From Blasia pusilla (lineage: Eukaryota): a stretch of 64,000 nt of DNA. The position numbers were made by a program, and so were the translations under genes. Below, piece by piece: positions 1-9,822 of this stretch. The notes under the pieces are model-generated. The model saw nothing but the letters and a program-made list of their open reading frames with translations. It did not search any database and was not told the origin of the DNA. The DNA is taken from positions 27,156,001-27,220,000 of the forward strand of contig CM114271.1 in NCBI GenBank assembly GCA_050084515.1, given 5' to 3'. The number at the start of each line of letters is the position of its first letter. Position 1 is the first letter of the stretch.

Positions 1-1822
1 TTATTCTCCTTGATGCAAGATTTGGTGTACCGGGTCACAGACTGTTGCCAATGGAAAACATCTGACCTTTCCCTCTCCGGTTGAACCACTCCACCCGAGA
101 ACACTTCCCGGATAGCAATCCACCTAGGTTGTGCATTGTCCGCCATGAACCCATAAATTTTCGGAGGTGGCCTTTTGTTTTCCTTCACCACCTCTAATAA
201 GAGTAACCATCACATCTTCAAACTACCAATGTCTTCTGCCTTTACTTCATAGACAAATGTAGTTTTGAGTCCCTTCTCCACATGGTCATAAACGTGAGCA
301 CCCATCGTCAACCATCCGTTCAGCACTCTGTAGCAAATATCAAAGCTTACCCAACTCCCGTAAAGATCTTCCCCTTCCCTCATTCGATCTATAAGATCGA
401 GGCCACTCGACGGACCTGTGGTTGACATTTTGAAGACATAGGCCCTGGATCCCTCGCCTCCTTGGCCCATGAACTACCATCTCTGAATGAATGGAAATCT
501 GGAGTTGGCCTTGATTCTGGTGATGGCATCCATTTCGGCCGTCTTTCCATCCAGAACTCGTATTTGACGTAGCAAATTCCGGAAGCATTCAGGATCAGCG
601 AGAAATGCGAGATTTTCCCAGAGTTGTTTCTCCTCAACCGCCGTGATCTCGCCCTGTCCAAGGATTCCAAGCAATTGTTCACAAATTTGTGATGCCGTTG
701 TGAGCTTGATCACTCCGGGCTTTGAACCCGAAGAGTTTCTGTAGACCTCGGCTACTTTCTTCGCCACATCCTCCTTGATGTGTCTTTGAATTGCATCGGT
801 CACAGGATGAGTGTGGGAGCCAACATGGACTGCCAGCCTTGTATACTCTGACTTGGAGCCCAAGTCGTGGACAATGAAAAATATGTATGCAGGACACGCT
901 CCAACACAGAAGGGCGATGCCTGACAATGAGGACATTGATGGCCTCCCGTCGGTATGGTGGCATCGACCTCATATGGAGTTTCTGCATTCTTGGGAGGGA
1001 ATTGTGACGTATTGACTCGCCCGTTGCGCTCTAGATACGGGCATGCTGGACTTCTACACTCCAAGGCTCCCACGCATTGGCGGCGGGAGACAATCCAAGG
1101 ACCATCTGGAATTGAAGACCTTTGGTCCGTTGAAGCTGCACCATCGATGACAATCAGACTTTCTATCCATACCCTTCAAGCGTCCTCCATCCTTCTTTTG
1201 AGCAGGAGCAGCAAGTGGAGGCAACTCAAAAATGCAATTACCATCGTACGTGGGCGGAAGCTCGTCGACAAGAATGTGCTTGAACATTTTCAAGGCCAGA
1301 GACATAAGCAAACTATTGCCGGACACTCGCAAGAGGAACGAGTAGGCGGACAGAGGGCCCGATTGGTGTCCGATAGATCCACTGAGGTTGATAACATCCG
1401 GAATCTCTTGAGGAAGAACAACATTGTTACAAGCGTGCGAAGTTGGAGTCGAAGCCGGATCTGCAGAGCTTGGAGTTGCAAACGTAGAGCTCGGAGCACT
1501 AGGAAATTCTAGATCGTCTACTTGGGAAACAGACGAATTCAGGGGCAGGCCGTAAACTCTGTATTGACCATTTGGTAGAGGTAGGAGATTCCATACTTTA
1601 CGGTCAGAGGTCACTGGCTGGACCGTCTTACCTATTATGTCTTCAGACTGCGTCCACCTAACATCTTTGGATACAAAGATGGTTCCAATTGGAAAAGAAA
1701 TCGAGCAGATGAAAATTTTCATCCACTGCTATGAAAGACTCACGAGCTTGGGGTCGAATGATTTTTGATTGAGGAAAGGCCGCCAGATGACTGCCACAAG
1801 TGAGCTTAACATAATTATCCAT
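1..1822 (-). pseudogene. MULE transposase, N-terminal and DDE part (frameshifts, in-frame stops; runs off window)
   Basis: ATG at 1822 (MDNYVKLTCGSH). Cys/His zinc-finger-like region (ECRSPACPYL...CPHC...CVGACPA...HVGSHTHP). Core WVSFDICYRV..GWLTMGAHVYD...YGFMADNAQ...DVFHWQQS matches the two Asp motifs and the (C/D)xxH motif of Mutator transposases. Confidence 0.8.
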
Positions 1823-2092
1823 TCCAAGAAGATTCCAACGGGAGGAGACTGAGAATGAGAATGAGAATGAGAATATTTAATTTATAGTGAATAGGGAACA
1901 GATACTCCTGACAGATTTTTACTGACAAGATGAATTCGGTGGGTGACATTGTCTGACACAATCGATCCAATTCTGTAACACATTCAATTCTGTTGCAATA
2001 TGTTACCGGATTTGGGAAGCAGAGGGTTGCGCATCACATTTGGAACCCACCAAAGTCCTGGTAACTCAAAAATTACCCGAAGCTAACCGAAG

Positions 2093-2612
2093 CCTGCAAC
2101 CCGTCAGCATCGAACGGGTTGCACGCTTCTGCGAAACATTGTCGAAGCGAGCAACCCGTCGCTCTCCGACGAGTTGCTCGGATATGGCTCCTTCTTGCCC
2201 GAAGATGCCGGAGGCGTGCAAACCGTATGTTCCCAATGAGTTCAGCGGGTGCCTCACCTTTTTGCCCAAAGATGGCGAGGCGTGCAACCCGTCGCCCTCC
2301 AACGGGTTGCGCAAGGGCCTTGCCTTGTGGTGCAGCCAGCCGGACTCTGACGACTTGCACAGGAACCCTTGATGAGGGAAGCGTGCAACCCAATGGTCTC
2401 CGACGGATTGCCCAAGATACGTCCCGTTCCCGTCCCAAACACAGCGGAGGCGCGCAACATGTCGGTCTCCAACGGGTTGCGTGGGTACCTCGCGTTCTTT
2501 TCCGAAGACGACGGAGGTGCTCAACCCGTCGGTCTCCGACGGGTTGCTCGCGCACGTGGCGACGTACCCAGGATGGCGGAGCCCGCAACCTGTCGGACTC
2601 GACGGATTGCCA
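2093..2612. repeat. Diverged tandem array (~65-70 bp units), each with the GCAACCCGTCGG-N-CCGACGGGTTGC palindrome
   Basis: Repeated GCGTGCAACCCGTC...ACGGGTTGC units between the two divergent genes; same array at 50995-51399, 57070-57482 and 61297-61800. Confidence 0.9.
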
Positions 2613-2699
2613 TTTTTCACGTCCGGACTTCCGTAACATCCGGCACGTCGCCGTCGAAAGGACGACGGGACCCAACGGTCAGCCCAACGGCTAGAAAAG

Positions 2700-2707
2700 T
2701 ATAAATA
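2700..2707 (+). promoter_or_regulatory. TATA box of MULE cargo gene
   Basis: GAAAAGTATAAATAGG, conserved in the other copies (57989 TATAAAAG; 61887 TATAAATA), ~300 bp upstream of the cargo ATG. Confidence 0.7.
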
Positions 2708-4180
2708 GGGCAGAAATTGCTCATTTCCGGTTTCTCATTTTGGGATCTTCATTCCTCACTCTCCCGCGCAGTAGTTGATCAGATACAAAGGGGCATTTCA
2801 CACGGCAACACATCGCGAGTTGATAGGAGGGAACGAGAGCGAGACGATTCGACCGAACGACGGCAAGACGGTTCGACTGAGCGATAGCGGGACGATTCGA
2901 GCTACCCATCAAGGCGATTCGAGCTCCCCATCTCGACATCAGCAAGGCGACTGATCAAGGGATTTGTCGTGGACATAGTTGGAGGCATTTTCGGAAAAAA
3001 TGACGAGGAAAAAATCACAAGCCAACAAGTCTGGGAGCTTCACTCCGAAGTCCATTATGACTCCTGCGTCAGCTTCTCCTGGGCCTCGTTCGGCGAATGA
3101 AATTAGGCAGCAGGAAATTGAGGAGCGGGAAAGGGAAGCGGAGATGCACAACCAAGTGCTTCTCGCGAGACTTGTTCAAGAGGCGCTAGATAAACAGAAC
3201 GCAGAGGCTGAGACGTTGCAGGCCTTGAAGAAAAGGATCGCCGACGAAAAGAGAGAAAAGAAGCGTCTGGACGCGTCGGTGAGGAGGGCAGAATTGGCTA
3301 AAGCGAGGAGGGAAAAAGCGATAGCCATTGATGATAGCCCAGCCTGTCCAACCGCAAGTGTTGAGATGCGGAAATGTCCCCACGAAGTCGGGGACACAAT
3401 CAACATAGTGGAAACGCCGAAGTTGAAATCGATGGACGCGAGGTCATGAGGACCGCCGGCGTGGAGATGGTGGACATGGCCGAAGAAGCCGGAGAGCGGT
3501 CATTCGACTCCAAGCCCGGCGGAGGACATCGACCTCTATCGGATCGACGAGTTCCCGGTCGATCTGCGGCTCTGTCTCGAGACAAGTTAGGCTGGTCAAG
3601 AAACCGACCCCATTTTCGAAAGCGGGTAAGAGAGGATCTGGGTTTTTGAATTATGTGAATTGCAATTCATTGGGAATTCAGTGTAGCTTATTGATCTTGT
3701 CCCGTTCGATAGGTGGTAAAGAAGATGGCACTCATGGAGGGCCCAACGCCCGAGGATTCCACTCTGCCGATTGCGGACAATGGAATACGTCTGCGAAATT
3801 CATCCCGGCGAGGACATCGCGAAAGCTTAAACAATCGCGGCGGAAAGATCCACGTCGACAGCTTTCCTCCCTTCTATGTTTAGCCTTACGGCGAGCATGG
3901 AACCCAAGCTCAGTTACGGAGGAGGACTTGGAAAAGCTCGACACATTCGGAGGATGCGAGACCAGGATTTCAGAAGGCAAGTTGAGGGCACGGAATTCAG
4001 CTGGATGAGGAATCTGCATTTCTTCATCTGGGATGGAAATCACAGGTTCATGGCCTGGACCAAGTTTGCGGAGGAGCGGCCCAACTCATTGGAGGCACAT
4101 TTCTGCGTGAAGGCAGTGGTCCTTCACCCATTCCCTCATCACATGGCAACGGTGGAGATGGCAATGCATGCCATGAACAC

Positions 4181-4940
4181 GTGAGTATCTTTAACACTTG
4201 CGCAACTCGTCAGGACAGTTGTTGGGATGCTTTAACACTTACGCAACTCGTCGGACTCCGACGAGTTGCTCGATTGATGAATGGGTTAGGTTTGTTTTTG
4301 CCGAAAGCAACTCGTCGGACTCCGACGGGTTGCTCGACTGCACGCTATTTCGGATGTTTTTTTAAGAATGCAACTCGTCGGACTCCAACGAGTTGTTTGA
4401 TTGACCACAGATTTAATTAGTTTTTGGCGCAAAGCAAAACGTCGGAGTCCGACGGGTTGCTCGACTCGCCGCCTTGTCAAGATGTTTTTTGAAGAATGCA
4501 ACTCGTCGGACTCCGACGAGTTGTTCGACTGACTGCAGGTTTAGAAGGTTTTTTCCCCAAAGCAACCCATCATAGTACAACGGGTTGCTTGCCTCAAAGA
4601 TGTTTTTGGCCGATATCAACCCGTCGGAGTCCGACGGGTTGCATTCGGAAGTTGGTTTCCCAAATTTTGTGTCAAATTGCAAGTTTACATTCAATTACGC
4701 AGCCTGTCGGACTCCGACGGGTTGCTATGTTCACGTTAGTATGTTCAGTTGCACAACCCGTTGGAGTCCGACGGGTTGAAACCAGGCATTAGCAAATCTG
4801 AATGCAATCCGTCGGACTCCGACGGGTTGCATCATTTAGCTCGTTGCTAGAATTCGACCTTGAGCTGTGACGACCCGTCGAAGTCCGACGGGTTGCAGGA
4901 ACCCATGTAATTTCTTGACGGGTTGAGTTTGGATGTGCAG
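4181..4940 (+). repeat. Cargo-gene intron filled with dispersed 27-bp palindromes
   Basis: GTGAGT...TGTGCAG boundaries; about ten copies, e.g. CAACCCGTCGGAGTCCGACGGGTTG at 4617-4641. Confidence 0.8.
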
Positions 4941-6946
4941 GATTGTATCGGAGGGGAATGTCACCCACCACGGATCCAGGACTGCGATCGGGTGAGGAGG
5001 GTGCTTACGACGTACCCGGGAGAGTACAGGGGGTTCTTGGGCGATGCCCTTGTCAATTAGATGCTTGCAAAGGGTGCTCAGATTAAAAAGAAAACTTGGG
5101 CAAATAAGTTTATTTCCCAAGATGCAGCCGTAACCATCCTTTGCTGATCAAGATACAGCGCAAGAAAAGCGCGCTTTGGAGCTAGAGCGGAGGGAGAAGG
5201 TATCTGCGTCTGAGCGCGCCAAATTCATCCAAGCTGCAATATCTACAGCAACGAAATACACGGCGAGCAAGATGCAGCGATACATCAGCATTCTCAACCC
5301 CGAACTTGGTCCGGAGTTCTACAAGGAGCTGAAGGCGATTATCAAGCGCCAACGGAAAAGGGATGAAGAACCGCATGGTCGGATTGGGGAGAAAGTGTCC
5401 CTGGATCGCGTGCATCGGTTTGCGTTGTCCGGGATAAGCGAGTTTAGGAGGATCCGACTGATGAAAATCAGTCTCGAGGGCTCAGAGGCCCAGAAGAGGG
5501 CGGCACACCATCCTCCGGGTGTGTCCGATCCAGTGATCTCGCATTGGCTACGCGAATGGTCGTTCTGGGACGCGTTGCGGGTAATCAGGAAGTCCGTGCT
5601 GGACGGTCTGCAAGTAGAGCTCAGAAGATTAGAGCCCATCCCGCCGGAAGCAAACCTTGAAAGTTCTAGAGATTTCGAGGTTTGGCTCGACGACATCCGG
5701 GACAAGCCAACCAAAAACCCAAGATTCAAGACCATGTTCAAGGTTTGCGTCCTCCCTCAGGTAGAGCTTGACGAAGAAGTAGAGGGGAACAAACGGGATC
5801 AAGCGAAGAAGAAGCGAGATCTACAGGAGCAGACGGCCGATTTTGTTCAACTAAAAGCTGCCCAACGGATGGTCTTCAGGTACCTCGTCCAATGTAAGAA
5901 TGCAGTACGTGGGGAAAAGTACCGTGAGCCTTGAAATTGTGGGCCGCCGCGGATGCGAGACATTCTCCATGTACGACATGGAGATGGGGCAGCACATGTC
6001 CGATTGGGAGGTGGAGAATTGCCCCATTTGGCTCAACGTCAACGACCCTGAAGACATCACCGATAAGGATTTACGAGTGCTTCATGATATAGTGGCCTCA
6101 GGACAAGACGACATCCCCAATTTCGTCCAGCCTGAAGACTTCTTCGGAGGAGATCTGAAGAGCAGGCCACGAGGCGGCTAAGTTGGCTTCCAAGGTCCGC
6201 TGACCAAAGACAAATCCACAAATGGTCTCAAATGCAAGGCGAGGGGAGGGAAAAATTCAGAGGCCGAGTCTTCCCAAAGAGAGGCTGAAGATTCAAGGCC
6301 AGAGGCGGAATCGTCCGGACGAGCAAGGAGAGAGGGTCGGACCAGGTCCTCGGCAAAAAAAACGCCACCAGAGTCCGAGGTCATAGAAACCCCGACAAGC
6401 CGTCCCGAGGACTAGGAGAAGCGGAAGCGAGAGGTGCCGGGTTGTCCCAAGGAGAATACGATCCATCATCCTTGGGAAGACACGGAGACAAACAACGACC
6501 GCTCAAGCGTCCTCCTTGATTCACTCCTTTCTTGGATGAGTGAAGAGCTTGATTCTCAAGCGTCGACACCAGCCATCGAAAATTTGACAACGCTGGGACG
6601 GAAGCTCCAACAAAACGGGCACGCTGCCTGGACGGTGAATGGAGTGGTCGAAGAGGTTGCGGTGGATCTCTTGATCTCCGATCTGCCCTCGGGGTTGCGA
6701 CTTTGGGGCGAGAATCCGTCGGACGAAGTACCTGAGTGGAATGTGCGCTCTCTTATCACCGATTGCGCTTTTGTTCTCCTTTGCGACGCCTATCCGAGTG
6801 CAGGGCTGCTTCTTGGTGTTGGATCGGAGGGAGCGAGGCGAGCTCTTCAACCTCCGTGTGTCAAGAGGTCGCTAAAGTGGAGGACGGCGCAATCATGGAT
6901 CATCAAAAACGAGTACCCACTCCGATCCGCGACGAGTCAGATTCGG

Positions 6947-7464
6947 GTAAGGCTCAATTCCTGTACTATAATTTCAATTATATTTTAATGATGTGTATAA
7001 TGAGAGTCAATCTGGGTTTTTTTGTCGTGAGCAACCCGTCGGAAGGCGGACGGGTTCTTCGGGTTTAGAGCACCCATGCTCGGTGAGAGCAACCCATCGG
7101 TTTCCGGCGGGTTACATCTTTCCCCATACACAAGGAAAACGCGGTGTACGCAACCCGTCGGAATCAACAAGGTTGCGATTGCTTTTGGTTTTTCGTTGAT
7201 TTTGGTTTTGGATGCAACCCGCCGATAGCGGCGGGTTGCTCTCGGCAAGCATGGGCTGCTCTAGGAGAGCAACCGTCGCCTTCCGACGGGTTGGTCATTT
7301 AACAAAAAACAGAGCCCGGCGGGTTGTTTTAGTCACGACCAACCCGTCCGAAGCGCGACGGGTAGGTCGGGACAAAACAACCCGTTGGACTCGGCGAGTT
7401 GATCCAAAGTCGATTATTGAAAATGTTCTCAAGCCGACTTCTTTAGTTTCGACATTGTTTCCAG
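6947..7464 (+). repeat. Cargo-gene intron with degenerate palindrome copies
   Basis: GTAAGG...TTTCCAG boundaries; several GCAACCCGTCGG...CGGGTT variants. Confidence 0.65.
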
Positions 7465-8472
7465 CGTCTTTGATTCTGAGATGGACCACTCCCTCACGTC
7501 TCTTCGCCCGTTCGCCCGAGCACAATTTCCAGGTGTTCAAGATCCAGGATCCTCTGGATCCATGCTCGATGGGTACAGCTTAGATAGTTTGTACAATTCC
7601 CCCCCCCCCCCGGGAATTTACATGCAAGACAGTACCCCATACGGGGAGGAAGGAAAAGTCGCCCGACCACGATGCAAGCGCTCATCGAGCTCTGCTCAAG
7701 GCCGGGTGACTTGGTGTTCGACTTAGTGGGACTTTCAGGGCAAGTATCAAAGGCACTGGCAAAGTGGCAGAACATTCTGCCTCGAGGAAGGCGAAGCTGT
7801 TTGACCTTTGCAAGGAGGCAAAGCGAGAATCTGAAAGGCTCGTTGGGCGTACAACTCTCCACGGCCGAGAGCTCGGTTCGAGCCACCCTTGGTAGTGACT
7901 CCATCGTCACTTCCAACGATTCCAAAAATCGGGAGGGCAAGGCGAAAGTAATTTTGCAAGAGCTCGGACGATGACGAGTGAGTTCAAAGAACTCAACGAC
8001 CAGCAAATTTTGACCGGCAGTGTTTGGAGTAGGGAGTTTTTGATAATGAGGCAAAGATTTCATAGAATAGATCAAATGTCTGATTGAGCTTTTTGGATGA
8101 TATAAAGCGAGAAGATTTTTTGAACGATGGTGGTGCTTGTAAAAGTTTCTTTGATCATTTTTGTCTTTTCGAATGTGATCGTCTATGTTCTCCACGGACT
8201 TCTATTTTGCAACCCGTCGGATTTCTCCTGCTTGCAACTTTTCACTTTATGACCACTGCAACGCGTCGGATTTCTCCTGCTTGCAACTTTTCACTTTTTG
8301 ACCACTGCACCCTTTTTACCACTTCCAGGCAACCTGTCTGATTCCGACAAGTTTCCTGATCGGACTCTTCCCCTGTTGGTCCAACTTAAGAGGCAGTCTG
8401 GCGGGCTTCTTCCCTTGGCACCTTCCCCTCAACTCGTAAAGGTAGGTGTAGGCTTCTTTTCTTCTCTCAGAC

Positions 8473-8793
8473 GTGTTGGATTCCTTCTACCTGTGCGATT
8501 GCCATAATGGTATTACCGGGGACGGAGCAGATATTGATACTGGATGGGTGTCACATTGCAGAGCATACAAGGTATACTGCCGAGGAAGGCGGTGGGACTC
8601 GAGACAGGTTACATGGGACCGTTATGGTGTACCTAGGGGGGGGCCAAGGCTCTTGAATTCGCCAACATTTTCGATCTCCGTCTACAATCGGCCAGAGGAG
8701 CCACTTGTATCCCAGGACATTCCTTTGGTACTATCACCGAGGAGAGTTAGGAGTAAATTTGTAGATGACGAGGCTGAAGAAATCATAGACTAG
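8473..8793 (+). CDS. Possible small additional cargo ORF (unknown)
   Basis: 106-aa ORF ending RSKFVDDEAEEIID; its 5' region is duplicated at ~8985-9205; no recognisable domain. Confidence 0.25.
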   Translation: MLDSFYLCDCHNGITGDGADIDTGWVSHCRAYKVYCRGRRWDSRQVTWDRYGVPRGGPRLLNSPTFSISVYNRPEEPLVSQDIPLVLSPRRVRSKFVDDEAEEIID

Positions 8794-9822
8794 GTGAAAT
8801 GTACATTTTCGAGGTTCCTTCGGAGGTAATAAAGGACGAGATTTTTCCAACCCATAATCGTGTTTGTAAAATTTTGCTGGAATATTTTTAATTTTTGGAC
8901 TTGTGGATTGTGTTCTTTTAGCTACTCAGAATTACAATTCTGCAACCCGTATGATTCCGACGGGTTGGAACTTTTTGCTTTTTGCCCACTGCAACTTTTT
9001 AACCATTTCCAAGCAACTTTGTCGGATTCGGACGGGTTATTTCGCTTGAGTGATCGGACTCTATCCCGGTGAGACCAACTTCTGACGCATTGTGGCGGGC
9101 TTCTTGACTTTTGGCTCGTTCCCCTTCATTCGTCCAACCAGTTGTAGGCTTCTTTTCTTGTCTAAGATGTGCAGGATTCCTACTACCTGTCGAATTGCCA
9201 TTTCGGATTCCCAACCTGTTAGATCGTCGTGGGTGCAGGGTGGAAGAAAATCACTTCTAAAAATCTTTCCTTTCTTATGGTGAGCTTTCTTAAGGGTTGG
9301 GAGGGGTGCAGCTTCTCGGTTTCTCAGCCTTAGGATCTGATTTGTTCACATTTCACAAAGTTGGTCTTGAGCAGACACCATTCATAACCAACAGAAAGTT
9401 GGTTATGGGGCAATTTAGGGGAGGCCATGATGCAGGCAACAATCCCTGCAAAAAGAGAGGTACCCATCCGGGTGGTCCTCCAACAAAAATACCAAGGGCA
9501 CTGGTTTTTGTTGACAGAGACAGGGAATGTTAAGAAACTTAGGCTCACATGGAGAGTGATGGAAAAATGTTTAGGGTGGTCTTATGATGTCTCCTTTTTT
9601 CTCGCCCCCAGGAAAGAGGAGAGGAAGAGAGGGCCAAATGTGGACCACTAAATACTCTCTTCTAAAGATTTCCTGAATTTTAAAGCAAACAAAAATTTCA
9701 AATATGTCAAAAAGTTTTGAAGAGAGGAGGCGGACTTGGCCTTTTTTTTTTTAAGAGAGACTCTCCTCTCTTCCTCTCTTCCTCTCCTCTCTTACTCTCT
9801 CCTGTCAGAATACCAGCCCCCC

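Larger units (their letters stand above)
3000..7974 (+). pseudogene. Spliced MULE cargo gene: coiled-coil N-terminus + ParB/Srx-like domain + beta-class N4/N6 DNA methyltransferase-like domain (frameshifted)
   Basis: ATG 3000; predicted GT-AG introns 3626-3712, 4181-4940 and 6947-7464; the second donor is conserved in copies B and C, the first only in C. FFIWDGNHRFMAW at ~4020-4058; VAVDLLISDLPSG at ~6655-6695 (DPPY-type motif IV); MQALIELCSRPGDLVFDLVGLSG at 7672-7740 (motif X-I, normally DPFxGSG). Confidence 0.7.
1..9822. mobile_element. Large Mutator-like (MULE) DNA transposon, copy A (left part outside window)
   Basis: Contains a minus-strand MULE transposase (1-1822), a palindrome array and a divergent cargo gene. 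Its right end (...CTCTCCTGTCAGAATACCAGCCCCCC, ~9797-9822) is the reverse complement of the left end of the TSD-flanked insertion at 55631. Homologous segments recur at 46-51 kb and 58-64 kb. Confidence 0.8.

Noticed and set aside
2040-2704. Several overlapping 110-200 aa ORFs on both strands (likewise 4181-4971, 7212-7583, 50963-51533, 61463-62128)
   Set aside because: By-products of GC-rich palindromic repeats (recurring ATRRTPTGC/QPVGLRRVA peptides); no protein features.
3000-7974. Bacterial contamination or recent HGT as the source of the ParB/MTase gene
   Set aside because: It has spliceosomal introns, a TATA box and multiple TE-embedded copies contiguous with plant genes.
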